A stretch of DNA of 64,000 nucleotides from Oikopleura dioica (lineage: Eukaryota > Animalia > Chordata). Made by a program: the position numbers and the translations under genes. The notes under the pieces are model-generated. The model saw only the letters and a program-made list of their open reading frames with translations. It ran no database searches and had not been told where the DNA came from. Of this stretch, positions 25,601 to 38,100 are shown in pieces. Positions within the stretch are counted from its first letter, which is position 1; the number at the start of each line of letters is the position of its first letter. The stretch is from the NCBI GenBank assembly GCA_907165135.1, contig OU015569.1, positions 9,486,001 through 9,550,000 on the forward strand, given 5' to 3'.

Positions 25601-25762
25601 CTATTTTTATAAGAAATTGATTTCAACTATTTTAACTGTGGCCAAACGAAAGCGCACAGCCAACGATATTGTCCTGAAGCCATATTTCTTTGGACGAGAA
25701 ACCTAAACGAAAACCTTTTCAGAGATTGTGATATTGATGGACAATAGTAAATCGGTTTTGAA

Positions 25763-28110
25763 ATGATGGAAATGGAGGCTCAGCCTCAACCTGTCCCCAA
25801 CGGCAATCCCTACGAGGTAAGTTTTATTCTACTCTACTTTCTGGGCAGGAAGAAATCTATTATCAAAAACCTAGGAGTTTCGTCGGATTGAATCCTCCCG
25901 CGCAAGTCAGCGGAAGCGGCGAAATGACGAAAAGCGAAACGCAGAGTTAGCAAGCCAAGATGATGTCTACAGACTTGCGGACAGGCCTCCCCTCCGCGGA
26001 GAAGACAACCCTGGCTTCGAGGTCAGCTGTTATAAAACACATATATTTTTATTCGATTGTTAGTCGGAGGAAAGCCTCGACGATCTTCTGGATGACTTGT
26101 CGCAAATGAATCCGAATCTAATACAAGACCTTGACGTTGTGCGAAGTTTTTTACACTCGCACGAAGTGAAACAGGTAATATTTTCACTCACCAAGCTGTT
26201 TGTGTTCACCGCGGTTTCTAGGCGCAAAACCTGATGAAGTCGCTGCGAGAAGAATTCCCCGAAGAGCGCTCTCTGGACGATCCCGCTCTTCTATCCGAAG
26301 CATTGAATAAGGTTGGAATTCTAGCATGCACTAAAATTTAAAATTTCGCTTGAAGAGCCAATCCGTCAATGCAGGAGAGCTAGCGCTATGCCTGAACTGC
26401 GAGCAGCTGCGAGAAGTATCCGGAATCGACGACGATACCATTGACGATCTGGAGATGGAAGACGAAGCACTCATGCTTGCCAAGAACTTCGTTGGAGCTG
26501 ACATGTCTGATCTTCTCAAGGCGGTGACGATCGATAAGACGAAGAGCGTTTTAGGCGCAACGGTGAAAAATGTAGACGCAAGTGTTGTCATCTCCAGAAT
26601 TGTTGCTGGCGGGGCAGTTCAACGCGATGGCCGTCTTCAAGAAGGTCCTCTCGCCAAATGGCATTTTGTTTGACGCTTGTGTTTTTAGGCGACGAAATCA
26701 TTAACATCAATCTTCAAACTGTGAAGGGAAAATCGGTCGACGAAGTGTGCCAGATCATGGAGCAGCTCACCGGCCATGTGACATTCGTAGTGATCGCATC
26801 AGGCAAGACGAACGAGCGGAATGTTGAAAACGACATTACTCACGTCCGAACATTATTCTCCTACAATCCAGAATCAGATGAATACATTCCATGCAAAGAG
26901 TTGGGCCTCTTCTTCAGCAAAGGCCAAATATTGAAGATCCACAAGTGAGCTTTCTTTCTTCTTCCTTGATCACTATGACTTTATTCAGAGGCGACGATGA
27001 GAACTGGTGGCAAGCCTACAAAGAGGGCGAGAATGACATGAGGTTAGTTCAACCTGTCGGGCGAAATTGAGTCGTAATGTTCTTCTAGCAATCTCGCTGG
27101 TTTGGTTCCTTCCTTCGAATTCGAAACGCGCCGTCGCGAAATGAATAAAGAGTATGAGCGCGAGCTTGAAAAGGAGAACGAACCAGTTCTCTGCGGCAAA
27201 AAGAAAAACAAAAAAGCCAAAAAGTCAAAGAAAAACAAAAAGAAGAACAAAAAAGATGAAGTTCAGGAAGAAATAATTCATGTAAGTGCTCCGTAGCATC
27301 TAATTTTGAGCTTAATTGAACTTGCAGCCTTACGAATACGTGAAATTACACCAACAACCTCCAGATCGTCGACGACCGATCGTTCTCATTGGCCCAAGAA
27401 ATGTTGGCCGATACGAACTGCGCGACAAGTTGACGAACGACAAGTACGAGGAGTTTTGCGTACCGATCGCGCACACTTCGAGGCCGAAGAAAGACGGTGA
27501 AACTAACGGACAGGATTACATGTTCGTCTCAAAGGATGCCTTTGAGCAGTACAAAAAGGTATGCGCTTCTGCTTTACTTCCAGCCAGAACTGACATTTGG
27601 ATTTAGAAAGGAAACTTCGTTGAAGACGGCGAGTACCAGAAAAATCTGTATGGAACGTCGATCGACTCGATACAACAAGTTATCGAAAGAGGAAAAACGG
27701 CCATTTGCGTGATGAACCCGCCGTCTATTAAGATCATGCGAGACAAAATGCTCAAGCCTTATGTTATCTTCATCAAGCCTCCTAATAGGTTCAGAAAGAG
27801 ATTTGAGTTCTGCCTAACGCTTGAATTTTTCAGGGAGCAGATTCTTGTTAATCAAAGAATAAACGGGAAACAGCTCGACGAAGAGACAATCGCCTCTATG
27901 ATCGACCAAGCACGCGTGATAGAGCAAGATTACGGTCACCTTTTCGACGAAATAATCATCAACCACAATACTGATGACACCTATGAAGTAACCTCCCTTT
28001 CCCTGGGCATTCGCTAACGCGCGTCATTTTAGGACCTGCGCAATATTATCAAGAAACTGGAGACGACGCCTCAATGGGTGCCCGTATCATGGTTGGACAT
28101 CAAATACTAG
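25763..28110 (+). CDS. MPP5: MAGUK p55 family, PALS1/MPP5-like (L27 region, PDZ, SH3, HOOK, GK), about 12 exons
   Basis: GEDNPGFE (human PALS1 GIDNPMFD), PDZ SVLGATV...SRIVAGGAVQRDGRLQEGDEI, SH3 YNPESDEYIPCKELGL...DENWWQA, lysine-rich HOOK, GK IVLIGPRNVGRYELR / AHTSRPKK / EDGEYQKNLYGTS, C-terminal PQWVPVSWL. Introns are canonical GT-AG. Confidence 0.9.
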
Positions 28111-29160
28111 TTCCAAGCGACCGAAAGGCACCGACTGTAAAAATCATCAATCTCGAGTTCAATTTCCTGCTAGAGAGTCCAATCTGTCAGGAACTGCAAA
28201 GTGGACACTGATCACACTGTTCATTCTAATCCCGTTTCTTGCTAATTCTTGTTCGACTCTCCGAGTCTCTATTTGTTTATCTATTTCAACCCCAACTCCT
28301 CATGCTAACCCGATCCCGCTGCACAATACTTCCGCCTCTATCTAAAAGTGGAAGACACTCGTCTCGAATAAAATACATCATCGCAATGACTCTGCATCCA
28401 GCCTCTGTAAAAACATCTTCATCTCTTTTTAGCACCAATGCTTCTTTTCTTCCGACCTCATCTCTCAAGCTTCTGCCGATTGATAACGACCGCTAGATTC
28501 TTTTCTAGCCTCGGCTCAGATCTTCTTACGCTTCCTTTGTAAATAAATGAAATTGACCTACTTATCTATCCCTCGCCTTCATTTTCACTTTTATGCTTAA
28601 AAGATTTCTCTTGCTGACGAGTTAGTAAGTATTGATGGGCTCACCTTTTTCCAACATTTGATTAATGAATAGACCTTAATTACTCAAGTACGTTCTCAAC
28701 AATTTTAAGGTTATCGCAACTTATTGAATATATGCCCAGTCATTAGAGCTCGTCTCAATTGCATGTTGTCTATCAGAGAATTCCTTTGTCTTTTTGATGA
28801 AAACGAAAATTCCATTTCCAGTCTATCCCGCCGTACTCATCTCGCTCAGATCCCTATTCAAACTAATCCCGATCAAAAAAGCTATCACCCTCTCTATTTC
28901 CATCTTTTCCGTTTCATTTTTTCCGTTGAGGCGACTTTATCGCCCACCATTTATAACTCTATCTCTCCTTTAATAAGTACAAGAAGTTTCTTCATTATTT
29001 AAACAAAAAAAAAACTTCCGAGCTGTTGTCTACTGTTGCAGGTTTTCAAACATCAACCACTGTGTCCCTCGGTTGCAACAAACAGCGAATTCACTACGAT
29101 ACTAACTTAATTTAATCCAGTCGCTGATCTTCGCTTCTTTTAGGCCATATTTATGGAAGA

Positions 29161-32100
29161 ATGTCGGACAGCGAAGAGGTGACCTCAGCTGCGAGTTACT
29201 TCAATTCGGCCCCACCTCCTGTGCCTGTTCCGGTCCCTCCCGCGAACCAACAGAGTCAGCAGCCTTTTCCTCCGGCACAAAATCAAGAATACCTTGGAAT
29301 CAATAATGAGCCTCCTCCAGGTACATTAGTTCAACAAGAAGGAAGTAGTTTTTTCTTGTTTAGTTTAGGCTAGAGTCATTTCTTAATTATCTAAAATCTC
29401 TCAAAAGCACACGCGTTTCAATTAAATACACGGTTTCAACAATATCGTCAACAGCAGTACATCGGTAACATTTTCTCAAAGTTTCATGTTAAATAGTTCA
29501 AATCTAAACACCTTTCCAATCGCACAATTTTTATTAAAAATACTAATATGGTGCCATAAAAGTAACCGCATGCGCCTGCATACCTGTTTCTTCTTTTTGA
29601 TAATAGATTGTCTTATGATCGCTTCTATTACTGTGAATTTAGTGCCAGCGCCTGTTGTTATAAGCCCGGAAGACGACGCTGCCCATAACATGGCTGCTTT
29701 GACTTTGGAAGAAAACGTCGTTCAGGAAATCGAGCAGGCGGGCAACGCAGAAGTTGAAGTTCAAGGCCGCCTGCAGCCTTCCCAAAGCGATCTACACTCT
29801 TACAATGATCTTCATTCTTCAGCCTCGGTTCCAGCTCCCTCGGCTGCGACTCAGCAAGCTCCTCCTAGAGCAAGCGAGCATGCAGAAGGATATTTCCAGC
29901 CAAACTCGAATAATCCACCTGGTCAAGTGCAGCCTCAAAGTAACCCCGCAACTAGTCTGCGATCCGGTGATGTTCAGCCATTCAACTTCCAAAAAACAGA
30001 CGCATCTTCGGAGCCTTCCAACTACTCAGTTTTGGCATCAAGCAATGAAGGTCATCAGCCAAGAAATCAAATGCAAGACGATCAAGGTCGGGCTAGGCTG
30101 CGTGCACCACCTATTCCTGTCCAAGTCAGTAGTAATCCAGTCAGTTCTTTTCCGGTTGGGGAACAGCCGGCTTTGAGGGAAGATGTCCGAGCTCCTGTTC
30201 GCCCATTGAATCCCGAGCGATCATCACGTCCTCCACTCGACGAGCAGCGCCCAGGAAACAGAGATCCCAATGCGCGTGCTCCTATCGTGCCCCATGAAAC
30301 AGACCCAACTCCATTAAACCGAATGCCAGTTCAAAATCAAAATGCTCCAGTAAATGTTCAATACAGCCAGCCAGAGGCTCATACAGAAGGTTCTCTTCAT
30401 AATCGATTTTCACAGTCAAATCAATATTTGGATTCTGTCGCGCACGAAAATCAACAGTACCAGCAAGGAACGGGTAATCATTTTAAATATCTGTGAAAAC
30501 GCGTCCAACGTGCCGATTGAATTCAGCACTGTAAAATCAGAAAAAAAAATTTTCGTCGGTGAAATTCGATTTCACGCCATATTTCGGGTTTTTACTTGGC
30601 ATTGATCTTCACCACAGTAAATCTTTGTACTTGTCTATGAAATGTTCTTGGCATTCTAGACTCGAAGTTCTAGTATTCATGCGTAATTCATGTTCACATT
30701 ATTATTTTTGAAATCAAGGAAGAGTACCCATTTTCAAGCACCGCCTCAAGTTTCGGTTTCTCAGCAACAAGTCTATCAGCAGCCCGGGGCACCTTATCAT
30801 CCAGCGGATCAATATCAACAGCACCACCAGCATCCGGCTCCGCCTTCGTCTCAGGGTGGTTACGCTCCCCGTCCGCAGTATTTCCATCCGGGCCACTATC
30901 AACCTCAACCACACGCTCATCAGTATTCGCATCACGAGGCCGCTTCTGGCCGCGCGACGCCCAGTTACCCTCAAAATCCACCCCTAGATCGTCCGTCTCG
31001 TCCTGGCTCCGCCATATCTGCGCAGGGCTCTGGCTTCGCGCCTCCGCCGCAGCCACATTATCCTCCTGCACCTTATGGTCATCATCCTCCTCCACCGGGG
31101 CCGTATGGGTATCCTCCTCCGCCTGGTCCTTATGGGGCCTATGGGCATCCTGCCTACCCACCATATGGATACCCACCGCATCCTTATGGGGGTGATCCTT
31201 ACGGCGACCCATACAGACGACCACCATATTCAAGGTAAGCCTATACAAATAGTATCTAAGGATGCATCCGTAAAAATGGGCACTGATTCGGACAAGAGAA
31301 TGGTCAAAAGTTCTCTGCTAGAGAATAAAAATAAGTTATCAAACAGCGCGCTTTTTCGATCAAATTGGCGCGCATTCGGAAAATATGGAGCCTTAGTGGT
31401 GGTCGATTATGGCGTTGCAATTCAACCGCGTCAACCGCTACGCACCGCGGTGTTCCTAACAAACCGCACAGTTCCCCGGTCGGATTAAAACTTTTCCGCT
31501 ACATTCAAATCTTCTTCAAAACATTTTAGAATTCATAAAAAACAACGAATCTCGTCAACATCTAATAATAAGAGGTGAAACTATCATACTAAAAGAGTTC
31601 CGACTAATTTCAAAAACCTGAGAATTTATGGTGTCATGGGTGCAAAATTCATTCAAAAGATAATTATCCTCATCATGATTTCGGCTGTAATTTACCAAGA
31701 CGTAAATCGGAAAATCAAAACTGGAAATCGAAATACCCTAGGACCCTCTTATTTATGTATTCGAAATTCTTCCCCAGGTACCTAAGAGTATCTCAGCTTT
31801 TCATGGGAACCTGTCTTCAAAATGAAAAATTCACTCGCAAGCTGCAATTTTTGAGTAATACTTGTGCTGGATGCAAGTTCCTGCCTGAATGCAGAATCTG
31901 TCGCATGTTTAGATTGTCGGACAGGTTAATTATGTCCAGACAGATTTCTGTTCAGGGTTTCATACCGATAAGTCAGGAAATCAAAATAGAACCAGTACAG
32001 TTATGTATCTGCAATTTAATTCATCATTTATTGTTCATATTTTGTTATAAATTGTGAGAAGATTTCAGTTATGCCCTACATCGGCGTCGCTTTCTTCGAT

Positions 32101-35100
32101 TTGACTAGTAGAAAAACAACGATTGTTGAATGCATTATTTAGGCTCCCAGCGTGGGACAGGTATCGTCCGTCTTCCGAATTCGACCCCGGTGATGATAAC
32201 GTTTCTGTTACTTCTTTCCATTCGCAAAGATCCGGGCGATCAGGTGCGTCGAGAAGAAAGAAAAAGAACGTCTACGAGGAGCTGTACAAATCTATGACAA
32301 TCAACTACGAGTAAGTAGCTGTCGGCAATATTTTCTTTCTGCTTTGATTCAATCTTCCAAGAGCAAGATTACATGTTCCACAGTCACGTTCTGCTGAACA
32401 CGTAGATCCAAAGTTAATGTTTACGCTGGTTTAGGGGATTATCTTACTCGGTTTTCACACGATTTTGTATACATGCTCACCTTATACGACGTTTTCGTAG
32501 TTTGCAATATTTGTCACAAAAATAAGAAAGTCTGTTTTCAAACATTTAGACGCGAATCACCTATTGTGCAAGACAAATTGAATGCAATTATTTAATGCAA
32601 ATTGGAACCTGTTTTGAGAAGTTGTGACTTTGTTAGAGATATCCCTTCTTAGCCGATAAGAATAAACATTATCATGGAAATGAACTAAATTTACTCCGGG
32701 GTATACAACCGCGACCGTTCTAACGATAAGGTGACAGATAAGCGACTTGCGGAAGTTCTATCAATAGCAAGGATTATGCATCTGTATATCTTCAGTTCCA
32801 GAATATAACGATCACGTTTTGCGAAATTTCAACTCCTCAGCAATTCCTAAAGTCGTAACGCTATCCTTTGAAGCGAATGCCTTCCTTAGCACAGAGAGTC
32901 TTGTAGAAAAAATGGAAATTGATGTTCAGAGGAATACTAAAACAAGTTCATTGTATTTCCTGTGGCAGGCAGATACTAAAGATGTAGTTTTAGTGACGCC
33001 GAGTGGCAAGATAACTACTACGTCGAAAGCTCTCGGGACGAAGGACGGAAAACTCCGCCCAAGTTCACCCAGCCTCATTGTATTGTGCGGTTTTCACCAA
33101 CCGGGCAGCTGGTCAAAGTGAACGCCGCACGAGTAGACGAAGGCGAGGCCGCAACATTCGAGCTTCACTCACTAGAGGTAAATTTCACTTTCTCAATTGT
33201 GATTGCATGAAGCCTATTTAGGCGCTGACGGCGAACGAGCCTGTGTACGCGCCTGGACTACACGCTTTCCCTGGACCTTTAACTCGGTAAGAAATGGTAC
33301 CTTTAGTGCATCGTTTGATTCTGGGCATAATGTTAATAAGGATGCTTTGGCTAACCACAGTTAGGAGCGGAGAGCTTACTTTTGTTGTCTTGCAATATTT
33401 GTGTACTCAAGAAGAAGTGCTCTTGAGAACTATAATAAGATTTGCGCATTTTCTTCAAATTGGATCGGAAAGTGAGATTTTTCGGACAGGCGACTTTTGT
33501 GGCAAGAATCGTCGAGATTATCAAGAGGGGCTAATCGCTTCGTTCAGCTTGGAGTGAGTTTGAGGAGCTAAGACTGAGTCGATGCGGCTTCCGTGTCCAG
33601 GAAGAGTGGACTGAGTGAGCCGCAAATTCCATCATTTTGGAGTAACAAGCCGCCTTCATCTGCTCAGTTCCTTTTAAATCTGATTCAATGAACTCTTGAA
33701 CGGCTTAATTCAACCCAAATTCCTTGTGCCGTCTTTTTCCAGAAATCAAAATGCCGTTAACTTTGATGCGCCTTATTCAATATTCAGGTCACTTTTTTCA
33801 AAAATTCACGAAAAAGTTGAAGTCTCATTCTCGCGTTTAGAAATCCTCAAGGTGACTGAGAGAATATTCATCCTTTAACCACTGGAAACTGAAAGAGAGC
33901 GCTGTACAGTGGATATGACCTTGCGTCAAACAGTGGGTCACAGAGTTTTGTGTTTGGCGAAGGGCGGAAGTGCCTCGTCGCACTAATCCCCCGTTCGGAT
34001 AAATAGAGGATCAAACAACTGGTTCACTTAGACAAACTATTTTCTGCCTATTTTCCATTAAACACGTGACTCAACTCTGACGAGTACTTTTTGATGAATT
34101 CTTCTTATTAAACAAATCTTGTTTAAAAGTGTGCAAATGCGAAAAGGGTGTCTAACTGGAAAATTCTGTTTTACTTTGCTCTGAACAAAAAGGTCGTTTT
34201 CGCGGAGACAAAGTACTTGGTTTAGCAAATTACTAAATAAAGAAAATCACTACGGTTTGCATTTGCGCGTAGATTGCAACACGTTCTCCCCTTCTCACTT
34301 GAATATAAAGCATTTCTTGCACAGAGCGCAGCGTCTATAATTTTTGAAATACGAAGTGCTGTAGTAATTTGATTTCCCATTTTCGGCGTAGATTTTGCTC
34401 TGGCGCATTCTAAATCCGCTTTACTACTATTCAAAGGCGAGAGCGGATTTGTGATATTTTCCGACGGAAGCTCACGTTTGATGGCCACCTTCACCAGTGA
34501 CCGGGAGCTACTCCTTCTGAAACTGCTGGAACAAGTGGACTAATGCCTCCCTCTCCTAAACATTAAAAGGAGCTTACGAGCCACAAACGACCAGCCGCCC
34601 TGTTCACCTGAACACTTTTTACGCACTGCACTCTACCTCTTCCATAAATCCGGCCAGATGGGATCCTCGGTCGTTGGCCTTTCCCGCTGGATAGACACGC
34701 TAGATCTCGCTCAAGTTCACGTTTTTACGCTTGAGCAGAAACCTAAGTTTCGAGAAATAAGTGCAGAACGAAAACGTGAACTTTACTTCCAAGATCGTAT
34801 ATATGATAAACTTCTTCAATGTTGATTCTTTGATGAATGAATACGTCCTGCTCCGAGTCACTCGCCGATTTAAACATTTATCACGTTGACTTTCAAAGTT
34901 CCGGTGGAACTATCTGGAACTAACTATTTTTTACAAATTTCGAAATTCCATCACAACGGAAGGTTTTCGGGCACTCTTTTATCAGACCGAAAATCAGCTT
35001 TGATCGGCATGTTGTGTATACAGCATTCCGACGACTCGCCCAAGAGTTCCCAGAGCTTCGCTGATGTACATTGCAGGACACTTTTGTCAAAAACGCATTC

Positions 35101-38100
35101 TTCAATTACCTTTTAATTTCTCAAAGTTCACTTGCAAACGACCGGTACCGACTTGATAGTCGTCTAGATTCGAAAATTACGGTGTCAATCGGGGAAAAGT
35201 TAGATGTTGCGCAAGCTCGCGTCGCGGATGTATATTTTACGCTTCTGCGATCAGTAGCTGCAAAACTTTACTCGTAATAAACATCACACGTCCTGATCCA
35301 CAGTTTCGCAAGCAATTTGTTGTCTACTGTCGGGGAAAGTTGTCCGTTTATCGCCCACCAAAAGTTGTGCCCAACCGCACTCCAATATTTTTCGAATGTG
35401 TGTTTTGCCGATCCCAAAATTGAATTCATCAACTTTTGGAAAAGGTAGATTTACTTCAAATAATTTAGAGTGCTCTTGTTGAGAATATAACTAGACCAGC
35501 CTATTTTGATTACGTTTTTTAAAACCAAGATTACTGTGAATCGCCTTTACTGAATGCCCCTTTCTTCCAGAGTAGAGTACTTGGTAAAGGCTCGAGTGGG
35601 AGAATTTCGCAAGAGAAACTGTTCAGCGACAGTCCAAGTAAAGGATTTGTTGGAAACAAATAGGATTTTCCCGTAAAGATATCTTAATCCTTTCATGGAA
35701 GATTGTCTAAATTCAAAAATATACGCCAAATAGGAGGGTGGCGGTGGATTATCTGCGCTGACATGGCGGAAGAGAGTGAGTACCCAAAGCGTGACTTTAT
35801 TTTCACGGACAAAGTGGTCTTTGTCGCGATCATCATAGAACCGATAAGAGCAAGCTTTTTATCGGCGCTTGTTGATCTGTGCTCTTCAAAGAAAACGACC
35901 GGATTTGAGCAGCACGAGATGTCGTGTTAATCTCACTTGCAGCCGGATTCTCTTCTCTTGGAGTGCTAACTTTTATTCAGACACGTTCTGATTGAACATC
36001 AGATTGTTTGTCACATGTTTTCAAGAGTAACACGAACAACTGCAGGCAACAGCTGAACGTTATTGGAAATTAAGGGGATGCCTATGACTTAATTTTTCGG
36101 GAGAGCGAAAAATGCCATTGAGTTTAGACGCGAGTTCTCAGCGGAAGGGCGCGATCGGTATTCTCGACGCACCGCATGTGGAATGAGATTAGATATGAAA
36201 ATGAGTGTTGAAAAATACACCCATGACGAGTGGAATGCCCTCCACGAAATAGACAAAAGCGTTACAATTCCTAAATGATTTTGCTACTGACTAGACGTAT
36301 TCCCATACAAACAGCTCTTGCGCTCTTCGATTTATCACTTAGTTGTTTCGAGAAACTTCGTATCTCGGATCGTCGCGGGAAATTTGGAGCGCGAAAAACG
36401 TAAAAATACGCGATTATAGAGTCGCTCAGCCATCAGTACGTAATGTAGCGCCGTTGATCTGGGCAATGTCCAAATAATGCGGAGAACACGTTTTAACGAA
36501 TGCCCATCTCCTCTTCATTACTCCTCCTCGCGATGAGTTGGGTTTCTAGCACACCCGTCATTTTCTTGATACGTTTGTCAGGGTTCCAGTAGAAAACGGA
36601 TTTTTCGACTGTATTTTAAGGGCTGCAACGCCGAAAATTGATGTCGTGCGATACTGCGGTAACCAAGCTGCTGATGTGCGTGCGAATTTAAATATCCCAG
36701 GAAGTGGTTCAGACGCCGTTTGCACTCTCAGTTAGACTCTACAAGCGAGTGAACACAAAGCCCGCCATTTCTCTAAGGCACACGACAGTCAGCGGAAACG
36801 TGTGATTAGGTTGAGTATGAACCTCGCTAAGATCGGCAATCCTTCGCGTTATTATGGGATTTACTAGCCCTACTGGTGAGATCGAACGATAACGCCGAAG
36901 GTCACGACTTCTCTGAGTTACTCCTCGGCGAGCTCAAAAACGAAAAACAACCAGAAGATATTGATGAAAGTAATCTAGAAGTCAAAAACGACCGCTCACT
37001 TATTAATGAAGCCAATTCGAACACAAGGAACGGGACTAAAAGTAATACATTTCATGAAATATTCTTCGGCGAGAGAAAACTGTTTTAGAAAAGGCATCCT
37101 TCAGCGAGAAGTTCGGAGGTCTCGGAAGTCCCTTTTGCCACATTGTTAGTTATTTTATGTGAAAAGTCCCTTGCGTCAGTTTACGTAATTTAACCACTGG
37201 ACGCGGGTACTCCGAAACCGAAAAGGTGAACCGTTTCCGCGAGCTGATTCAGTACGGACGCCAGAGGGACGCATTGGAATGGGCGATGAAAACGGGTATC
37301 TGGGGACATGCGTTAATGCTAGCTTACAAACTCGATCCAACTCAGGAACCCGGTTACTCGTGCCACTGCAGCTCATAGGCTAAGTCATATTTAACGACGC
37401 ATTTCGTTACCACAGAGTTGATCTGGCGAATGTTCATTAGAAGACCTACCTCGGTCTCCATTCCCAAAGTTTACCCAACATTATGAAATTAATTATCATG
37501 ATCACTACCTCTGCCACGTAATTTAACCCGTGCTTGTCATTAATGTTTCTATAACATGCACGTTCAAGCTCTTTTTCGGTCGATTCTCGTCAAAGTAATT
37601 TTTTGTATTGAATTCGAACTCCAAGAAGCCAGCGGGAGACCCTTAGTAGTGGACGATGTTCCAAAAAGGGACCACTTGGTATCCAAATCGGAAGTGACTT
37701 TGTATTTTGCTTGCATCAGTCTTTTCTCGTTTCCGCGGCCACAGAAAATCTACATTTTCAATTCAAAACGTAACCAAACACAGCACCAAAAGGTGATGAC
37801 TCGCTTTCTCAATTCAATGGACGTTTCGGATCCTCTCCAAACGGCATACACTTTCCTGTCTGGCCGCCAGCCGAACTCGCTTTCGCAAATCGAAGAGAGT
37901 GACCTCGGCTCCTGGAGACATCACCTCGCAATGATCCTTTCGAATTCAACGCAAAATCAAGCACTCACTAGAAATGTTTATCAAAGGAGAGGCTCGACAA
38001 GTATTCTCATGGAGATATCTAACTTAACTCTCCACTCTCAGAACAGCACGAGCCGCGCAAAGATCTATCACAAGCCTAGGCGATACATTATGGAATCGTG

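Noticed and set aside
30694-31248. 184-aa - strand ORF, and the alternative-frame ORF at 40900-41418
   Set aside because: Shadows of Pro/Gln-rich SEC16 exons whose biased codons avoid stops.
31570-31752. Possible MITE with TAAGAGG...CCTCTTA ends
   Set aside because: Only 7 bp of inverted match with no internal extension.
32819-32993. 5' part of ORF 32819-33121 as a SEC16 exon
   Set aside because: SEC16 homology is in a different frame starting at the 32994 acceptor. The upstream part is intronic.
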